Notes: generated by a model from the letters alone, not told the origin. Counted from the whole stretch's first letter, positions 11,143 through 24,974 are shown. The stretch is DNA of 63,699 bases, filler included, from Octopus bimaculoides (GCF_001194135.2; 5 parts of 4 records of this genome joined end to end with filler, not necessarily neighbours in it), one strand, 5' to 3'. Numbers and translations: made by a program.

Positions 11143-12203
11143 TAGGGTATAGTGGGCATTTGCCAGATTTTCATAATTTTCTCCCTACTCCAAACCAGGG
11201 ACTATGATGAAGCAGCCATTATGAATTGCATTATCCCTCCTACTCCTATAAATGTTATATTCTTCCTGGGGATTCCATTTCAAGTTCCTCATTCTGGACC
11301 AGAGCACTCAGTCACTAGACCAGCCAATATTTGATCGTCAAACAAAACTTCGCGGTGCTGTAAAAATTACTGCAGATTTGGATTTTTGTGCTGGAGGTAT
11401 GTTCAGAGTATCTTCTTTGCCTATGTTATGTTGGATAAAGGAAATATTCTTGAAAATTCAGAAATTCAAGGAAATTCAAAAACGGGGCATAATAAGTCAC
11501 TTGGCAGTTGGCGAAATGGAACATAACGGGTCACTTAAGATATAGCACACAGACGTCTATAAATATAAGAAAAGAATTAAAGAAGTCTTCCACACCCTAC
11601 AAATAGGTGCCAGTATCTGAAGGTATATTAGCAGCATCGTTTCATGTAACTACTAGTATTTACACAGAATCAAGAACTAGGTAGTAGAGCGTGTGGTAGC
11701 CAAAGTAAAAACAAAATCTAGGAGTGGAAAGACAGGAGAATAACTTGCTCCAAAATGGCAGAAAACAGAGTCTGACAATAGTGATGGTGACCATGACAGT
11801 GCAGATGATTCGGAGGAAAAGGAGACTGAGAGTTCCCTCTGCAAGAGATTCTGGAGCAGATACAAAGGCAAGAACAACGAAGTTTGGTCACTGTGTGACC
11901 TTTTTGATGGTTATGTTCTCCTTAGATTTATTCCAAAGGGAACAGATGTTACTCATGTTTTTCACATGTTTCTTTGTTGATTGCATTCAATGTTCACCCA
12001 AATTTGTGGAAGTAGTTTAACTATAATGATGTCTATATGAAGCAAGCATTCAAAATTGCTTCCTAATCCATCGGAGGTACTTATTAGAATCATGACGCAA
12101 TTTTTGAGATTGTAAATCCATGTTTAACTGTTACATTTTGGTTTTTATTTGACATTGTTTCCAAAATTTTTGGAAAATTGACCCATTACACCTCACCGTA
12201 CCC
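11143..12203 (+). mobile_element. Degenerate pogo/Tigger-like DNA transposon remnant
   Basis: Imperfect terminal inverted motifs GGGTATAGTG / CACCGTACCC. Acidic tract followed by a decayed PHD-like Cys pattern (SLCKRFWSRYKGKNNEVWSLCDL) near 11740-11990. Confidence 0.35.
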
Positions 12204-12826
12204 AATAAAACATGTACTCTGATGCTCTGCCGTTTCTGACTTTAAGATAGTCTTTCAGAATTTCCAGAACATTGTAAAATGAATCATCACAAGATCTCGA
12301 GCATGGTTGCTCAGTCTGCTAGAAATATCAGCTAATTCCCCTTCACATCACACATTACTGCTTCAAAATGGAATTACATTGAATATCATAGTTTTAGACA
12401 CACCGTGTCTGAAAAAGGAAACAAGAGACGATAACATTTGGTGTGTCCATCCGTCTACTGGACCATGGATGACCTGGCGGTAAATAACAACCACAACAAC
12501 AATAAAACAAAATGGAAATCGATTTGTCAAAAACTAAACTTTATTTATCACAAGACAAACTAGAAAAGAATGAAATGGTAGGAGGAGAGGTGATTGGGGA
12601 ATCAGACAAGTACGACATAAAGGTCTTTGTTATTCAACATTAAAAATAAAAATAAACGAGTATATTTATCTTTTTTGTGTAAGTCACAGTTTGTCGCTGA
12701 GGTTTGTCGCTAAGACAAGGGTCACGGTTGAAAATAAAGGGTTATTTCAAATCGATCGTAGTGATTTGTTTTGATTCCACGTTTGTACACATTCGATGAT
12801 TTATATATATATATAAAGGGACTCAC

Positions 12827-13096
12827 CAAACAACAGTTAGGGATATATAAATGCTTGAAAAACGATGGGTTGGTGATGGATGAGGACTGAGGTTGAAATA
12901 ACAACAATAACGTATCCCATTCTCTGATATCAGACTGGGGCTGAGAAAGAAAAGGAGTGAGAGGAAGAGGGGGAATTGGGTTCTTTGATGGACATATAGT
13001 TAAGATGAAGGTCTGCTTGTCTCTGTCTTGTTCATAAGATGCAACCATAACACTTTAAGTACTCTTAAAACGATGCTTTTCTTTCCCTGCTGCAGT

Positions 13097-13134
<38 letters not shown>

Positions 13135-13618
13135 TAAATGAGGGTAATACTAGAGGTTGTAAAAATAGAGTAGAAGTAGAAGGGTAATAGTAGCTGTGGG
13201 TTTGATAGCTGTGTTGGTAATAGTGGTTGTAGTAACAGCAATGGTGGTAGTAGTTGGAAATGTAGTACTTGGAGTGTAAGTATTTAAAGTAGTAGTAGTA
13301 GTGGTGGTGGTGGTGGTGGTGGTGGTGGTGATAGCGGTGTGGTGGTGGTGGTAGGTTGTATTGGTTAGAAATATCAATGATTACGAAACCAGCTCTTGAA
13401 AATATTTGCACGATAAATTTGTTTAACCAACAATTCCAAGTTGTTAAAATAATTTTACGGTCTCTTTAACCTCATCTTTGAAGGTGAAACACTTTTTGTA
13501 ATACAGTTTCACAATGTTTCGATCGATTTCGCCTCGGATCGTTATTCCTGGATGTGTACACAGTAACAAACAAGGATCGGAACTAGAAACTTAAATTTCT
13601 TAACTAAAGTGTGTACAC
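12827..13618 (-). other. Candidate host exon (mostly low-complexity UTR-like)
   Basis: Acceptor TTTTTCCTGCAG (ends 13619), donor GTGAGT (12826-12821), CpG-rich 5' part. An ATG at 13048 is open to the donor. No recognisable protein. Confidence 0.25.
13098..13352. repeat. (TAG)n and (GGT)n trinucleotide tracts
   Basis: Direct inspection. They explain the poly-His/Thr/Leu ORFs in the track. Confidence 0.9.
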
Positions 13619-14204
13619 CTGCAGGAAAAAGATACTTAATAACGACCGATGATCAAACCGATAGAAAAGTAACCTACGTGTAAAAAATTGAAAAATCTAC
13701 CTTCACTAAAAACATGAATTTAATACTCCAAAAAATTATAATTGTATTAGCAACTTGTCTGCAACGAATAAACATTAAATTTAATGTGTTTTAAAAAAAT
13801 ATTTAGTTATAAAGAACAAACACAAATATATTGCGTAAAATATATTTTCACAATATTTTACTGATCTTTTTTGCTGCTTGTGAAAATAATTCATCTTAAA
13901 TTTTTTGTCAACGAGAATAAATAGTGAATAAAATAAATAAAATGGGAAGCGAAAAACAAAATAAAATAATAGCCATTATAACAACAAACATGAAATGAGA
14001 GGGAAAGGAAGGAGACAGAGAAACAGGCGAGAGGAGGAAGAGCGAGAGGAAGGGAGAAGAAAGAGAGAGTTAATGAGTGAGAGGAAAAGAGAGAAAGACG
14101 GAGAGGCATTAATATAGTCTGGATGTTGAGACAATAATGTGACATCATTGTTAATGTCAGTTGAATAGTCTCTCTCTTTCCCTCCTCCCCTCTCTCTCCG
14201 TATA

Positions 14205-14449
14205 TATATTCTTTCATTCTTTTACTTGTTTCAGTCATTTTGACTGCAGCCACGCTGCAGCACTTCCTTTAGTCGAACAAATCGACCCCAGGACTTATTC
14301 TTTGTAAGGCTAGTATTTATTCTATCGGTGTCTGTTACTGAATTGCTAAGTTACGGGGACGTAAACACACAAGCATCGGTTGTCAAGCGATGGTGTTGGT
14401 GGTTGGGGGGACAAACACAGACACACAAATATATATATATATATATATA
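14205..14449 (-). mobile_element. CORE-like SINE, 3' half
   Basis: Reverse complement matches the 3' half of 57050-57510 (gtttgtcccccc..gtaacttagc..gaataagtcctggggtcgattt..aatgactgaaac). Confidence 0.7.
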
Positions 14450-14689
14450 NNNNNNNNNNNNNNNNNNNNNNNNNNNNNNNNNNNNNNNNNNNNNNNNNNN
14501 NNNNNNNNNNNNNNNNNNNNNNNNNNNNNNNNNNNNNNNNNNNNNNNNNNNNNNNNNNNNNNNNNNNNNNNNNNNNNNNNNNNNNNNNNNNNNNNNNNNN
14601 NNNNNNNNNNNNNNNNNNNNNNNNNNNNNNNNNNNNNNNNNNNNNNNNNNNNNNNNNNNNNNTATGTAGTTCTACAAATATATATAGTT

Positions 14690-16520
14690 TTATATGTAGT
14701 TACATATATAGGGAGAATTCACGAAAGAAAAACAAAAAAACAAAAGACGAAGGCAGGTGGTGTAGACAACAAACAGATGTATTAGTTTAACGCTCGGGAA
14801 GTGAAAAGTCTTTAACGTTTCGAGCCTACGCTCTTCCGCAGAAAGGAACACAGAAAGAAACAAGGAGAGAAAATAAAGAATGTGTAGTAGCTAGCGATCT
14901 ATCAGGTCGAATGCCGGACAGAGGGGTCACACAGGAGAGCTAGGAAGAAGGGGAAATAATAAAGTAGTGGTGATTCCAAAACGAAGGTGCGTGTGCATGT
15001 GCATAAGAGAGTATGTATGTGCGTGTGGAAGAGGGCTGGTGACCTTGACGTGTGCGTGTGTGTATGTGTAGGTGTGTGGATGTGGGGTTGGGAATGGCCA
15101 GTGCTAGTGTGTGCGTGGTGCTGTGATGTGATGTGGTGTAGTGTTGTGTGGTATGGTGGTGTATGGTGTAGTGGTGTGTGGTGTGATGGTGTTGGGAGGT
15201 GGGGAGGCGAGAGTGGGAAAANNNNNNNNNNNNNNNNNNNNNNNNNNNNNNNNNNNNNNNNNNNNNNNNNNNNNNNNNNNNNNNNNNNNNNNNNNNNNNN
15301 NNNNNNNNNNNNNNNNNNNNNNNNNNNNNNNNNNNNNNNNNNNNNNNNNNNNNNNNNNNNNGGGGTATAGGTGGGGTATGTGGGTAGGAGTGAAAAGAAG
15401 AAGTAGGAGTCGGAGCAAGAGAGGAGAGGTGGGTAGGAGGAAGTAGGTGTGAGAGGGAGAGAAGAGAGGGGAGGAGAGAGCAGGAAATGCAGTAGATGAC
15501 ATTGGTAGAAGTTCAGGTGAAGGAGTCGGTGATGTGATAGGGTCGATGATGGGTGCCGGTGAGGAGGGTGGTGTCGGAGAGGTAGGGTGGTGGGGTGGTA
15601 GGTGAGGGGAGACGGGAGACGGCGGGGCGTGTGCGGAGGGAGAGAACAGATGCACGATCCATGGAACGTGCTCTGGTAAGGGCGGTGTGGATAGTGGTGA
15701 GGGAATATCCACGTAGGATGAAGTGGTGAGCCATGAGTTGAGACTGAGTCTCAAAGTCATGGTCGTCACTACAGAACCTGCGTAGACGGAGGAATTGGGA
15801 ATAGGGGATGGAAAGTTTGGTGTGTTTAGGGTGGGAGGAGAAGTTGAGGTATGAGTGTGAGTCTGTGTGTTTGTAGTGGATGGAGGTGGTGAAAGTGGAG
15901 TGATGAATGCTGACCGAAATGTCAAGAAAGGAGACAGAGATAGTGCAGGAGAAGTGGAGGGCAGGATGGAAAGATTTGACGGAAGAGAGGAAGGAGTCTA
16001 GATGTTCGCTGAAGTGTCTAGATGTTCGCGGGAGAGGTCGCACCGATACAGTCGTCAATACAACGGCCAGAGTGTGACCAGTAAAACTTGAAAATATTNN
16101 NNNNNNNNNNNNNNNNNNNNNNNNNNNNNNNNNNNNNNNNNNNNNNNNNNNNNNNNNNNNNNNNNNNNNNNNNNNNNNNNNNNNNNNNNNNNNNNNNNAC
16201 AATTACGAATACAAACAAGAAGATAATAACAACAGGTGTCTTTCGACAGAGAACGAATCCAATTGAATTGGCGTGTAGGATGTGAAAGCCTAAAAGCAGG
16301 AACATGGGAGATGGACATAAGAGGTGTTGGCGGTCGGCAGTCAAGCCAAGAAAGAGAGATCATGGCTGGCCGGACACCAGTCACGTGCAAGGAAGAGAGA
16401 TGGGTAGGGGGCAGCGGGATTGAAGGATTAGAAAAGATCAGAGACAAAGAGAAAGGTACAGGGGAGATAACTGAGTGGGAAACAGTGGGAGTTAAAGAAA
16501 AAGAGGGCCAAGAAATGTGA
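14690..16520 (-). mobile_element. Penelope-like element remnant (RT C-terminus, GIY-YIG start, hammerhead-bearing 3' repeat)
   Basis: RCIDD (RT active-site-like), FLDISVS..HTDSHSYLNFSSHP..IPYSQFLRLRRFCS (typical PLE RT thumb), TSSNVIYCISC (GIY-YIG start). Hammerhead-like motif at 14810-14845. Confidence 0.8.
14810..14845 (-). ncRNA. Minimal hammerhead motif with core mutation (A6->C)
   Basis: Minus strand CTTT-CTGCGGA-A-GAGC-gtag-GCTC-GAAA-CG-TT-AAAG: stems I and II intact, palindromic AACGTT stem III. Confidence 0.55.
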
Positions 16521-16788
16521 GAGAGAGAAGGGGAGCGAGAAAAAGAAAAAAAGCAAGAATGTATGAAGGGAACTAAAAGATAGAATGAGAGTCGTACAAA
16601 ATGTAGACACATACCTACCATAAGGTGAACACAAGTGTTTACGTACGCCGCTATATGTATATATAAATATATAAATGGAACAAAAATGCAATAGAGGACA
16701 ATAAAACATTCGGACAGATAGACGATACAAAGGCGGACAAGAGAAACATCAATAAGAAGGACAGGCAAAAAAAGACGGATCAAATGGA

Positions 16789-16848
<60 letters not shown>

Positions 16849-17272
16849 TCTATTTATACATATGCATGTATATATATGTTGTTATATATGTATGTATNNN
16901 NNNNNNNNNNNNNNNNNNNNNNNNNNNNNNNNNNNNNNNNNNNNNNNNNNNNNNNNNNNNNNNNNNNNNNNNNNNNNNNNNNNNNNNNNNNNNNNNNNNN
17001 NNNNNNNNNNNNNNNNNNNNNNNNNNNNNNNNNNNNNNNNNNNNNNNNNNNNNNNNNNNNNNNNNNNNNNNNNNNNNNNNNNNNNNNNNNNNNNNNNNNN
17101 NNNNNNNNNNNNNNNNNNNNNNNNNNNNNNNNNNNNNNNNNNNNNNNNNNNNNNNNNNNNNNNNNNNNNNNNNNNNNNNNNNNNNNNNNNNNNNNNNNNN
17201 NNNNNNNNNNNNNNNNNNNNNNNNNNNNNNNNNNNNNNNNNNNNNNNNNNNNNNNNNNNNNNNNNNNNNNNN

Positions 17273-17306
<34 letters not shown>

Positions 17307-17521
17307 CAAATGATATATGAGCATATGCATGTATACATACATATATGTACATACCTACATTTACATGTATATATAGATGCATATCCGGGTACAGGACGTC
17401 AGAAAAATGAACGGGAACATAAAGCACGAAAACGGACTTTGTTTACAGACAACAGAACGAACACAGGAAAACAGACAAGCCACTTATGGAATTATTCCTT
17501 CATTAGCTGCCTCTATTCTAA

Positions 17522-17579
17522 ACTAGACGTTTCGAAGATGAGGCAGAACGCGCTCTTAGAATAGCTCTTCCTGAGTAGT
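17522..17579 (-). ncRNA. Degenerate hammerhead-like motif in a PLE-like repeat
   Basis: Minus strand ACTA-CTCAGGA..TCTTC-GAAAC-GTC-TAGT: G5->C in the core, 4-bp stem I, GUC site. Confidence 0.35.
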
Positions 17580-18431
17580 GGATTAACCCACTAAACAGAG
17601 GATTCCAAGGTAGCAAACACAAACCAAGACTTTTTTATTATTATTTATACACCCTGTTACCCTTAAAGAAAGATCAACCCACCAGTTAATATTTCTAGTT
17701 TAGTCATTTATACAACGTCCTGTAGTGTTACACTGCAAAATAGTATGATTTAAATATATTAAACCTTCATTCTTCTTCTTGAGCTCTTCCACTCTTCTTT
17801 TCTTTTATGTATTTTCCTTCACCCTGATGAAGCTCCATGTTCTAGATCGGATGTGTTACAAAATATGACGAATATTATTCTCAGAATTTTCAATGGCAAC
17901 ACTGTAGGACATTGGAAGAAGAAACGGCTGTTAGATGGGATAAAGTTTTGTATTTAAAAAATAATATTCGATGTTAGTCAATTGTTGTTGATCTAGATTT
18001 CTCCATTTCCTGATTAATTTAAATTTGATTCCTGATAAACTCATGTTTATCTTTATCATTGCCTGTATCCTATAAGCTTAATATGCTTGCATATGTATGA
18101 CCAGGGTTAACATAGATAATTATACCGGTAGTAAAACGGATATTTTTATTCCTTAGACGGTTATTCCAACCTCTACCTCTACTAACCTATATAATATATA
18201 TGTGCTTGTATGTGTGTGTCTATATGTCCTTGTCTATGTGTTTGTCCTTTACCACTGCTAGACAATCGTTGTCGATGTGTTTACATTCCTGTAACTTAGC
18301 AGTCCGGGAAAGAGACCAATAGAATAAGTACTAGGTTTGAAAAAGTTCTGAGGTCGATTCGTTCAATTAAGATTCTTCAAGGCGTTGCGACAGCATTGCA
18401 GCAGTCTAATGACTGAAACAATTAAATGATA

Positions 18432-18469
<38 letters not shown>

Positions 18470-21167
18470 GCATCCTGGCATTGCCTGGGTGTTATGACCT
18501 ACAGCCATATTGTACTATTTGTTCCTTTCTTATGAGCAGAATCAGCACAGCTGATATATAGCGAACTGGATTACTGGTGTAATGGAAGTTACTGTTTGTT
18601 TGAAAGTGAAGGTGGGGAGGGTACAATTTGCATGGGTTTGCATGAAAGTGCTTTCTGTTCTTAAGAAGGACCACAAACTATGTAATGTTTCATCGTATAA
18701 AATGGGGTTTATACGATTTTGCTCAGAAATCAAATTTTCAAAATTTTAGTTTCCCTACGTCCTCATCGCAATTTCTAAATTTGTAACTTATTTACGAATT
18801 TTCTTTTATCCATGTAGAAGAATACAGAGATGACGAATCTAGGATATATATATATATTTTCAAAGTTTAATTTATCATAAAGAAACACTCAATACCCTTT
18901 CCCCACTCGCCCACCCATCACCTACCCACTTTCAAAAAGCTAAAANNNNNNNNNNNNNNNNNNNNNNNNNNNNNNNNNNNNNNNNNNNNNNNNNNNNNNN
19001 NNNNNNNNNNNNNNNNNNNNNNNNNNNNNNNNNNNNNNNNNNNNNNNNNNNNNNNNNNNNNNNNNNNNNNNNNNNNNNNNNNNNNNNNNNNNNNNNNNNN
19101 NNNNNNNNNNNNNNNNNNNNNNNNNNNNNNNNNNNNNNNNNNNNNNNNNNNNNNNNNNNNNNNNNNNNNNNNNNNNNNNNNNNNNNNNNNNNNNNNNNNN
19201 NNNNNNNNNNNNNNNNNNNNNNNNNNNNNNNNNNNNNNNNNNNNNNNNNNNNNNNNNNNNNNNNNNNNNNNNNNNNNNNNNNNNNNNNNNNNNNNNNNNN
19301 NNNNNNNNNNNNNNNNNNNNNNNNNNNNNNNNNNNNNNNNNNNNNNNNNNNNNNNNNNNNNNNNNNNNNNNNNNNNNNNNNNNNNNNNNNNNNNNNNNNN
19401 NNNNNNNNNNNNNNNNNNNNNNNNNNNNNNNNNNNNNNNNNNNNNNNNNNNNNNNNNNNNNNNNNNNNNNNNNNNNNNNNNNNNNNNNNNNNNNNNNNNN
19501 NNNNNNNNNNNNNNNNNNNNNNNNNNNNNNNNNNNNNNNNNNNNNNNNNNNNNNNNNNNNNNNNNNNNNNNNNNNNNNNNNNNNNNNNNNNNNNNNNNNN
19601 NNNNNNNNNNNAACTTCCTTTTAAATTTATATCGAAGATCAGTTTTTAAAGACACTCATCACAAACACGGATTACAGAATAGAAGGACATGATTTCAATT
19701 CGATTTCAGCTGTAATCTTGCGCGTGCACATAAGAAATAGCATAATTAATACAGAAGTTTTAACTAGTGTGTGTGTGTGTGTGCGTGCGCACGTGTGTGT
19801 GCGTGCGCCCGTGTGTGCCAAATGGAGTTATTTTGTAACATTCTTTCGTTTGAAGCTGGGAATTTGTCAACTCGATCATATGGTTGATCATATGATTGTT
19901 CGTTAATTTCCTAAAAAAATTTTTTTTTCTCTATGCTTTGAATGGAGCAGAAATTGAAAGAGAGGAGAAAGTGAAAAGACAACATTTGACAACAGAAAGT
20001 GAGAGAGAGGAGAAAATGAAAGATGTATGTACGTGTGTATGAAATGGACATGTGTGTGTGTGCATTGCGCACGTGTGTGTGTGAAAGAGAGAAAGAGAAA
20101 GAAAGTGAAGGTGTGTGTTATATATATATATATATTTGTGCATGTATGTGTAAGTGGTACTCCCTCTCTCTTTCTCTCTCACACAAACACACATCTTTCA
20201 TATACACGTACATAAATACATATGCGTATATCCTTTTTGAATGTATGTGTACGCGTGCATGTGAGAAAGTGGATGATTGTATTTCCTCATAACGTATAGA
20301 GAAATGGATGTCTTTTAAGGTACAGACTCATATAAAAAATGGGACGTCGTAGTCTCTTTTTATGTCCATTGGCTGGAAATCTTTTGTCACATACCTTGAC
20401 NNNNNNNNNNNNNNNNNNNNNNNNNNNNNNNNNNNNNNNNNNNNNNNNNNNNNNNNNNNNNNNNNNNNNNNNNNNNNNNNNNNNNNNNNNNNNNNNNNNN
20501 NNNNNNNNNNNNNNNNNNNNNNNNNNNNNNNNNNNNNNNNNNNNNNNNNNNNNNNNNNNNNNNNNNNNNNNNNNNNNNNNNNNNNNNNNNNNNNNNNNNN
20601 NNNNNNNNNNNNNNNNNNNNNNNNNNNNNNNNNNNNNNNNNNNNNNNNNNNNNNNNNNNNNNNNNNNNNNNNNNNNNNNNNNNNNNNNNNNNNNNNNNNN
20701 NNNNNNNNNNNNNNNNNNNNNNNNNNNNNNNNNNNNNNNNNNNNNNNNNNNNNNNNNNNNNNNNNNNNNNNNNNNNNNNNNNNNNNNNNNNNNNNNNNNN
20801 NNNNNNNNNNNNNNNNNNNNNNNNNNNNNNNNNNNNNNNNNNNNNNNNNNNNNNNNNNNNNNNNNNNNNNNNNNNNNNNNNNNNNNNNNNNNNNNNNNNN
20901 NNNNNNNNNNNNNNNNNNNNNNNNNNNNNNNNNNNNNNNNNNNNNNNNNNNNNNNNNNNNNNNNNNNNNNNNNNNNNNNNNNNNNNNNNNNNNNNNNNNN
21001 NNNNNNNNNNNNNNNNNNNNNNNNNNNNNNNNNNNNNNNNNNNNNNNNNNNNNNNNNNNNNNNNNNNNNNNNNNNNNNNNNNNNNNNNNNNNNNNNNNNN
21101 NNNNNNNNNNNNNNNNNNNNNNNNNNNNNNNNNNNNNNNNNNNNNNNNNNNNNNNNNNNNNNNNNNN

Positions 21168-21355
21168 ACACACACACACACACACACACACATACACACA
21201 CACACACAAACACACACACATATACGACGGGCTTCTTTCAGTTTCCTTCTCCCAAATCCACTTTGATCGGTCCGAGGCTATAGTAGAAGACACCTGCCCA
21301 AGGTGCCACGCAGTGGGACTGAACCCGGAATGATGTAGTTGGGAAGCAAGCTTCT
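21168..21355 (-). mobile_element. CORE-like SINE, 5' half with (TG)n
   Basis: Reverse complement of gggttcagtcccactgcgtggcaccttgggcaggtgtcttctactatagcctcgg. Confidence 0.7.
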
Positions 21356-21585
21356 GAGAGAAGGTTTTAAAAAATGGAGAGAAAAAAATAACGCATCTGG
21401 ATTATAAATGTACTTGTTGAAACGACCGGAAAGAAATGATTGGGGAGACATGAGTGCCAAGGGAGACAACTGTAATCTGGCTAACGTGTTTTTGAGCAAT
21501 CGTGTATATGTGGCCACGCATGTTCGTGAGTTTGAAGACTATGTGAACGTGTGCATGTGTATGTATGGGTGTGTGCGTGTATATG

Positions 21586-21617
<32 letters not shown>

Positions 21618-22214
21618 AGTAAACAAGTACGTATGCGTGTGTGGAGCGATGTTTGCGCGTGCTCCGTGCATTTATGTATCTGTGTGTGTGGACATATGTA
21701 TATGTGTGGCAGTGTGTGAGGCTGTCTAACGTATATGCGTGTATGAGGCTAGCAGATGTGTGTATATGTGTGTGTATGCAAATAGATGTGTGTAGCAGCT
21801 AATGTGTGCGTTTATACTTTGTGCTAGTAACATGTGTGCATGCGTGTATAATCTCGTGTTGTTTTTAGGGTGTGTGTGTGCGTGTGTGTGACACTCTCGT
21901 GTGCGTGTGTATTATGTGTGTTTATGCGTGAATATTGTGTGTGTTTATGCGTGTGTATGTGTGTGAGCGGGTGTACGTGTTCTTGTTATAAGTTGGTGTG
22001 TGTATATCGAGATGTTGCATAAAGTGTATGTATGGATTTGAAACGTGTATAATATACTGTATTTGTGTTTATGTATATGTGTATAAGGGTGTGTTGTGGA
22101 CGTATGGGTGTGTTGTGGAGAGATGTATGTGGGTCGACCTGGATGGAGGTGCGAAGTGAAATAGGGGTGATAGAAAGAGGGGTTGGGAGGTGTGTAGTGT
22201 GTGTAAATGTGCGT

Positions 22215-22527
22215 GGAGGTGAGTTTAAGTGAAGAGAGGTAACGAATTGAGACCAGAAAGGATCGAGGAATGAAGAGAGAAAATAAATTCCTGCTCTCAA
22301 CGGAGGCAGGTGTTCGGGTGGCTTTTGTGCAAAGCCAGTCCGAACACAGACAGACGTTGTTGTTGTGGATGACCATCGAGCTGAAGTGGCGCGAGACCGG
22401 TTATTGCTAGTTCTGATGTTCCGGAGATGCTCGGCAAATCGGTCAGCTTAACGCAGGCCAATTTGACTAATGTACAGAGAATGGCAGAGAGCAGAGGATG
22501 CAGTAGATGACATTGCTGAAGATGCAG

Positions 22528-22530
<3 letters not shown>
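22215..22530 (-). mobile_element. Penelope-like GIY-YIG endonuclease fragment
   Basis: Hand translation across frameshifts: SNVIYCILCS..LYISQ.GLR*ADRFAEHLRNIR..EQEFIFSLHSSILSGLN. Confidence 0.65.
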
Positions 22531-22563
<33 letters not shown>

Positions 22564-22749
22564 NNNNNNNNNNNNNNNNNNNNNNNNNNNNNNNNNNNNN
22601 NNNNNNNNNNNNNNNNNNNNNNNNNNNNNNNNNNNNNNNNNNNNNNNNNNNNNNNNNNNNNNNNNNNNNNNNNNNNNNNNNNNNNNNNNNNNNNNNNNNN
22701 NNNNNNNNNNNNNNNNNNNNNNNNNNNNNNNNNNNNNNNNNAAAAAAGT

Positions 22750-23360
22750 AAAGGCTTTTAATGAAAAGTAACGATAGATATATACAATTAGATGAACGGA
22801 GGTAGGAATAAAGGTAATAAAAGTCATTATTGTGAGTTGTTAAAGAGATTCAAAAGCATACCGGTTTCGTAATATTACCAATAATTGCTTTGAATGCACA
22901 CTGAATACTGAAAGGTGTCAGGCCTACTAGTCCCTGAGTAAAAAGATTATGTGTAGGGGAGGTAAGTAGCTCTGGATTTGCTGCAATTAGGGTAGATCTA
23001 GATCTGTAATGTGAATGGTGTATGAGATGTATGGGGGTTAGTGGTATTAAGTGAAAGGTTAGTAGTGTTCTATATTATGTTATGTGTTCATATTTAGTTG
23101 TGGAAGATATTTATTGATGAAAGTTGCCTCTTTATTCATTCTTTGTTGTATTGAGGTGTTCAGTGAACATTGATAGAAGGGAAAAAGTAGGAAATTAGGA
23201 TTAAGATACCTCGCACACCTTTCTATGTGTCCACTGACCTGTATCTGTCTGTATTGTGGGTGGCGGATTTGTTCTTTGTGAAGAGTGGTTCTTCTACGGA
23301 GTGATATTCCTGTTTGGCCAATATAATTATTACCACACCCGAAGCATGTAATGGCATAAA
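22750..23360 (-). mobile_element. Second Penelope-like GIY-YIG C-terminus plus 3' region
   Basis: YAITCFGCGNNYIGQTGISLRRRTTLHKEQIRHPQYRQIQVSGHIERC..KEATFINKYLPQLN (ORF track 23080..). Confidence 0.8.
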
Positions 23361-24238
23361 NNNNNNNNNNNNNNNNNNNNNNNNNNNNNNNNNNNNNNNN
23401 NNNNNNNNNNNNNNNNNNNNNNNNNNNNNNNNNNNNNNNNNNNNNNNNNNNNNNNNNNNNNNNNNNNNNNNNNNNNNNNNNNNNNNNNNNNNNNNNNNNN
23501 NNNNNNNNNNNNNNNNNNNNNNNNNNNNNNNNNNNNNNNNNNNNNNNNNNNNNNNNNNNNNNNNNNNNNNNNNNNNNNNNNNNNNNNNNNNNNNNNNNNN
23601 NNNNNNNNNNNNNNNNNNNNNNNNNNNNNNNNNNNNNNNNNNNNNNNNNNNNNNNNNNNNNNNNNNNNNNNNNNNNNNNNNNNNNNNNNNNNNNNNNNNN
23701 NNNNNNNNNNNNNNNNNNNNNNNNNNNNNNNNNNNNNNNNNNNNNNNNNNNNNNNNNNNNNNNNNNNNNNNNNNNNNNNNNNNNNNNNNNNNNNNNNNNN
23801 NNNNNNNNNNNNNNNNNNNNNNNNNNNNNNNNNNNNNNNNNNNNNNNNNNNNNNNNNNNNNNNNNNNNNNNNNNNNNNNNNNNNNNNNNNNNNNNNNNNN
23901 NNNNNNNNNNNNNNNNNNNNNNNNNNNNNNNNNNNNNNNNNNNNNNNNNNNNNNNNNNNNNNNNNNNNNNNNNNNNNNNNNNNNNNNNNNNNNNNNNNNN
24001 NNNNNNNNNNNNNNNNNNNNNNNNNNNNNNNNNNNNNNNNNNNNNNNNNNNNNNNNNNNNNNNNNNNNNNNNNNNNNNNNNNNNNNNNNNNNNNNNNNNN
24101 NNNNNNNNNNNNNNNNNNNNNNNNNNNNNNNNNNNNNNNNNNNNNNNNNNNNNNNNNNNNNNNNNNNNNNNNNNNNNNNNNNNNNNNNNNNNNNNNNNNN
24201 NNNNNNNNNNNNNNNNNNNNNNNNNNNNNNNNNNNNNN

Positions 24239-24275
<37 letters not shown>

Positions 24276-24390
24276 CACACACACACATATACATAGGGAT
24301 TTGCGTCTTTACCCGCACATCTATATATATATATATACATATAGGCATAGAAAGGTACACACATAGGTACATACATACATACATACATAC

Positions 24391-24888
24391 AAAGCTGAAG
24401 ACAATGAAAAAGAGAATACCAATGCTGAACTATTGAGAAATCTGCAGTTACTCTATCCAGATTACAAGTTCAGGTTTATACCTGTAATTATTGGGGGCTC
24501 TGGGATATGTAACACACTGCTCAAGTACCAATCTTGATAAATTAGGCTTCTCAAAACCAGAAAGGAAAACGCTGATTCGAAGACTACTGATCCAATACAT
24601 CACTGGAAGTGAAAAAAATCCGAAAAACTTTTCAGAAGTTTATCATTTAAATATATATGAGCATGTCTAGATATGTAACTATATGCATGAGAATACATAC
24701 ATAAAACATATAAATATGCACATACATACATACATACATACATACATACATACATACATACATACACACATACCCTATTGTTAATGCTTAAATTTCAATG
24801 AAGGAACCTTGGAACCTTCTAACCTAGGTTAGAAACCAGTTCTTTCTCTATTGGCAAGAAATCTTGAAATAAACTGAATAATGACATA
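24391..24888 (+). mobile_element. 5'-truncated R4/Dong-like (RLE-type) LINE 3' end
   Basis: Hand translation KENTNAELLRNLQLLYPDYKFRFIPVIIG/ALGYVTHCSSTNLDKLGF..LIRRLLIQYITGS resembles the R4-clade endonuclease C-terminus. (CATA)n lies on both sides. Confidence 0.6.
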
Positions 24889-24913
24889 CATACATACATA
24901 CATACATACATGC

Positions 24914-24914
<1 letters not shown>

Positions 24915-24973
<59 letters not shown>
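24915..24973. repeat. (GATA)n microsatellite
   Basis: Direct inspection. Confidence 0.95.

Positions 24974-24974
<1 letters not shown>

Noticed and set aside
18490-18733. Short protein-like frames on both strands
   Set aside because: No convincing splice pair or recognisable family.
22850-22900. CGAAACCGGTA hammerhead-like 3' half on the minus strand after a GIY-YIG
   Set aside because: No recognisable CTGAnGA core; too degenerate to call.
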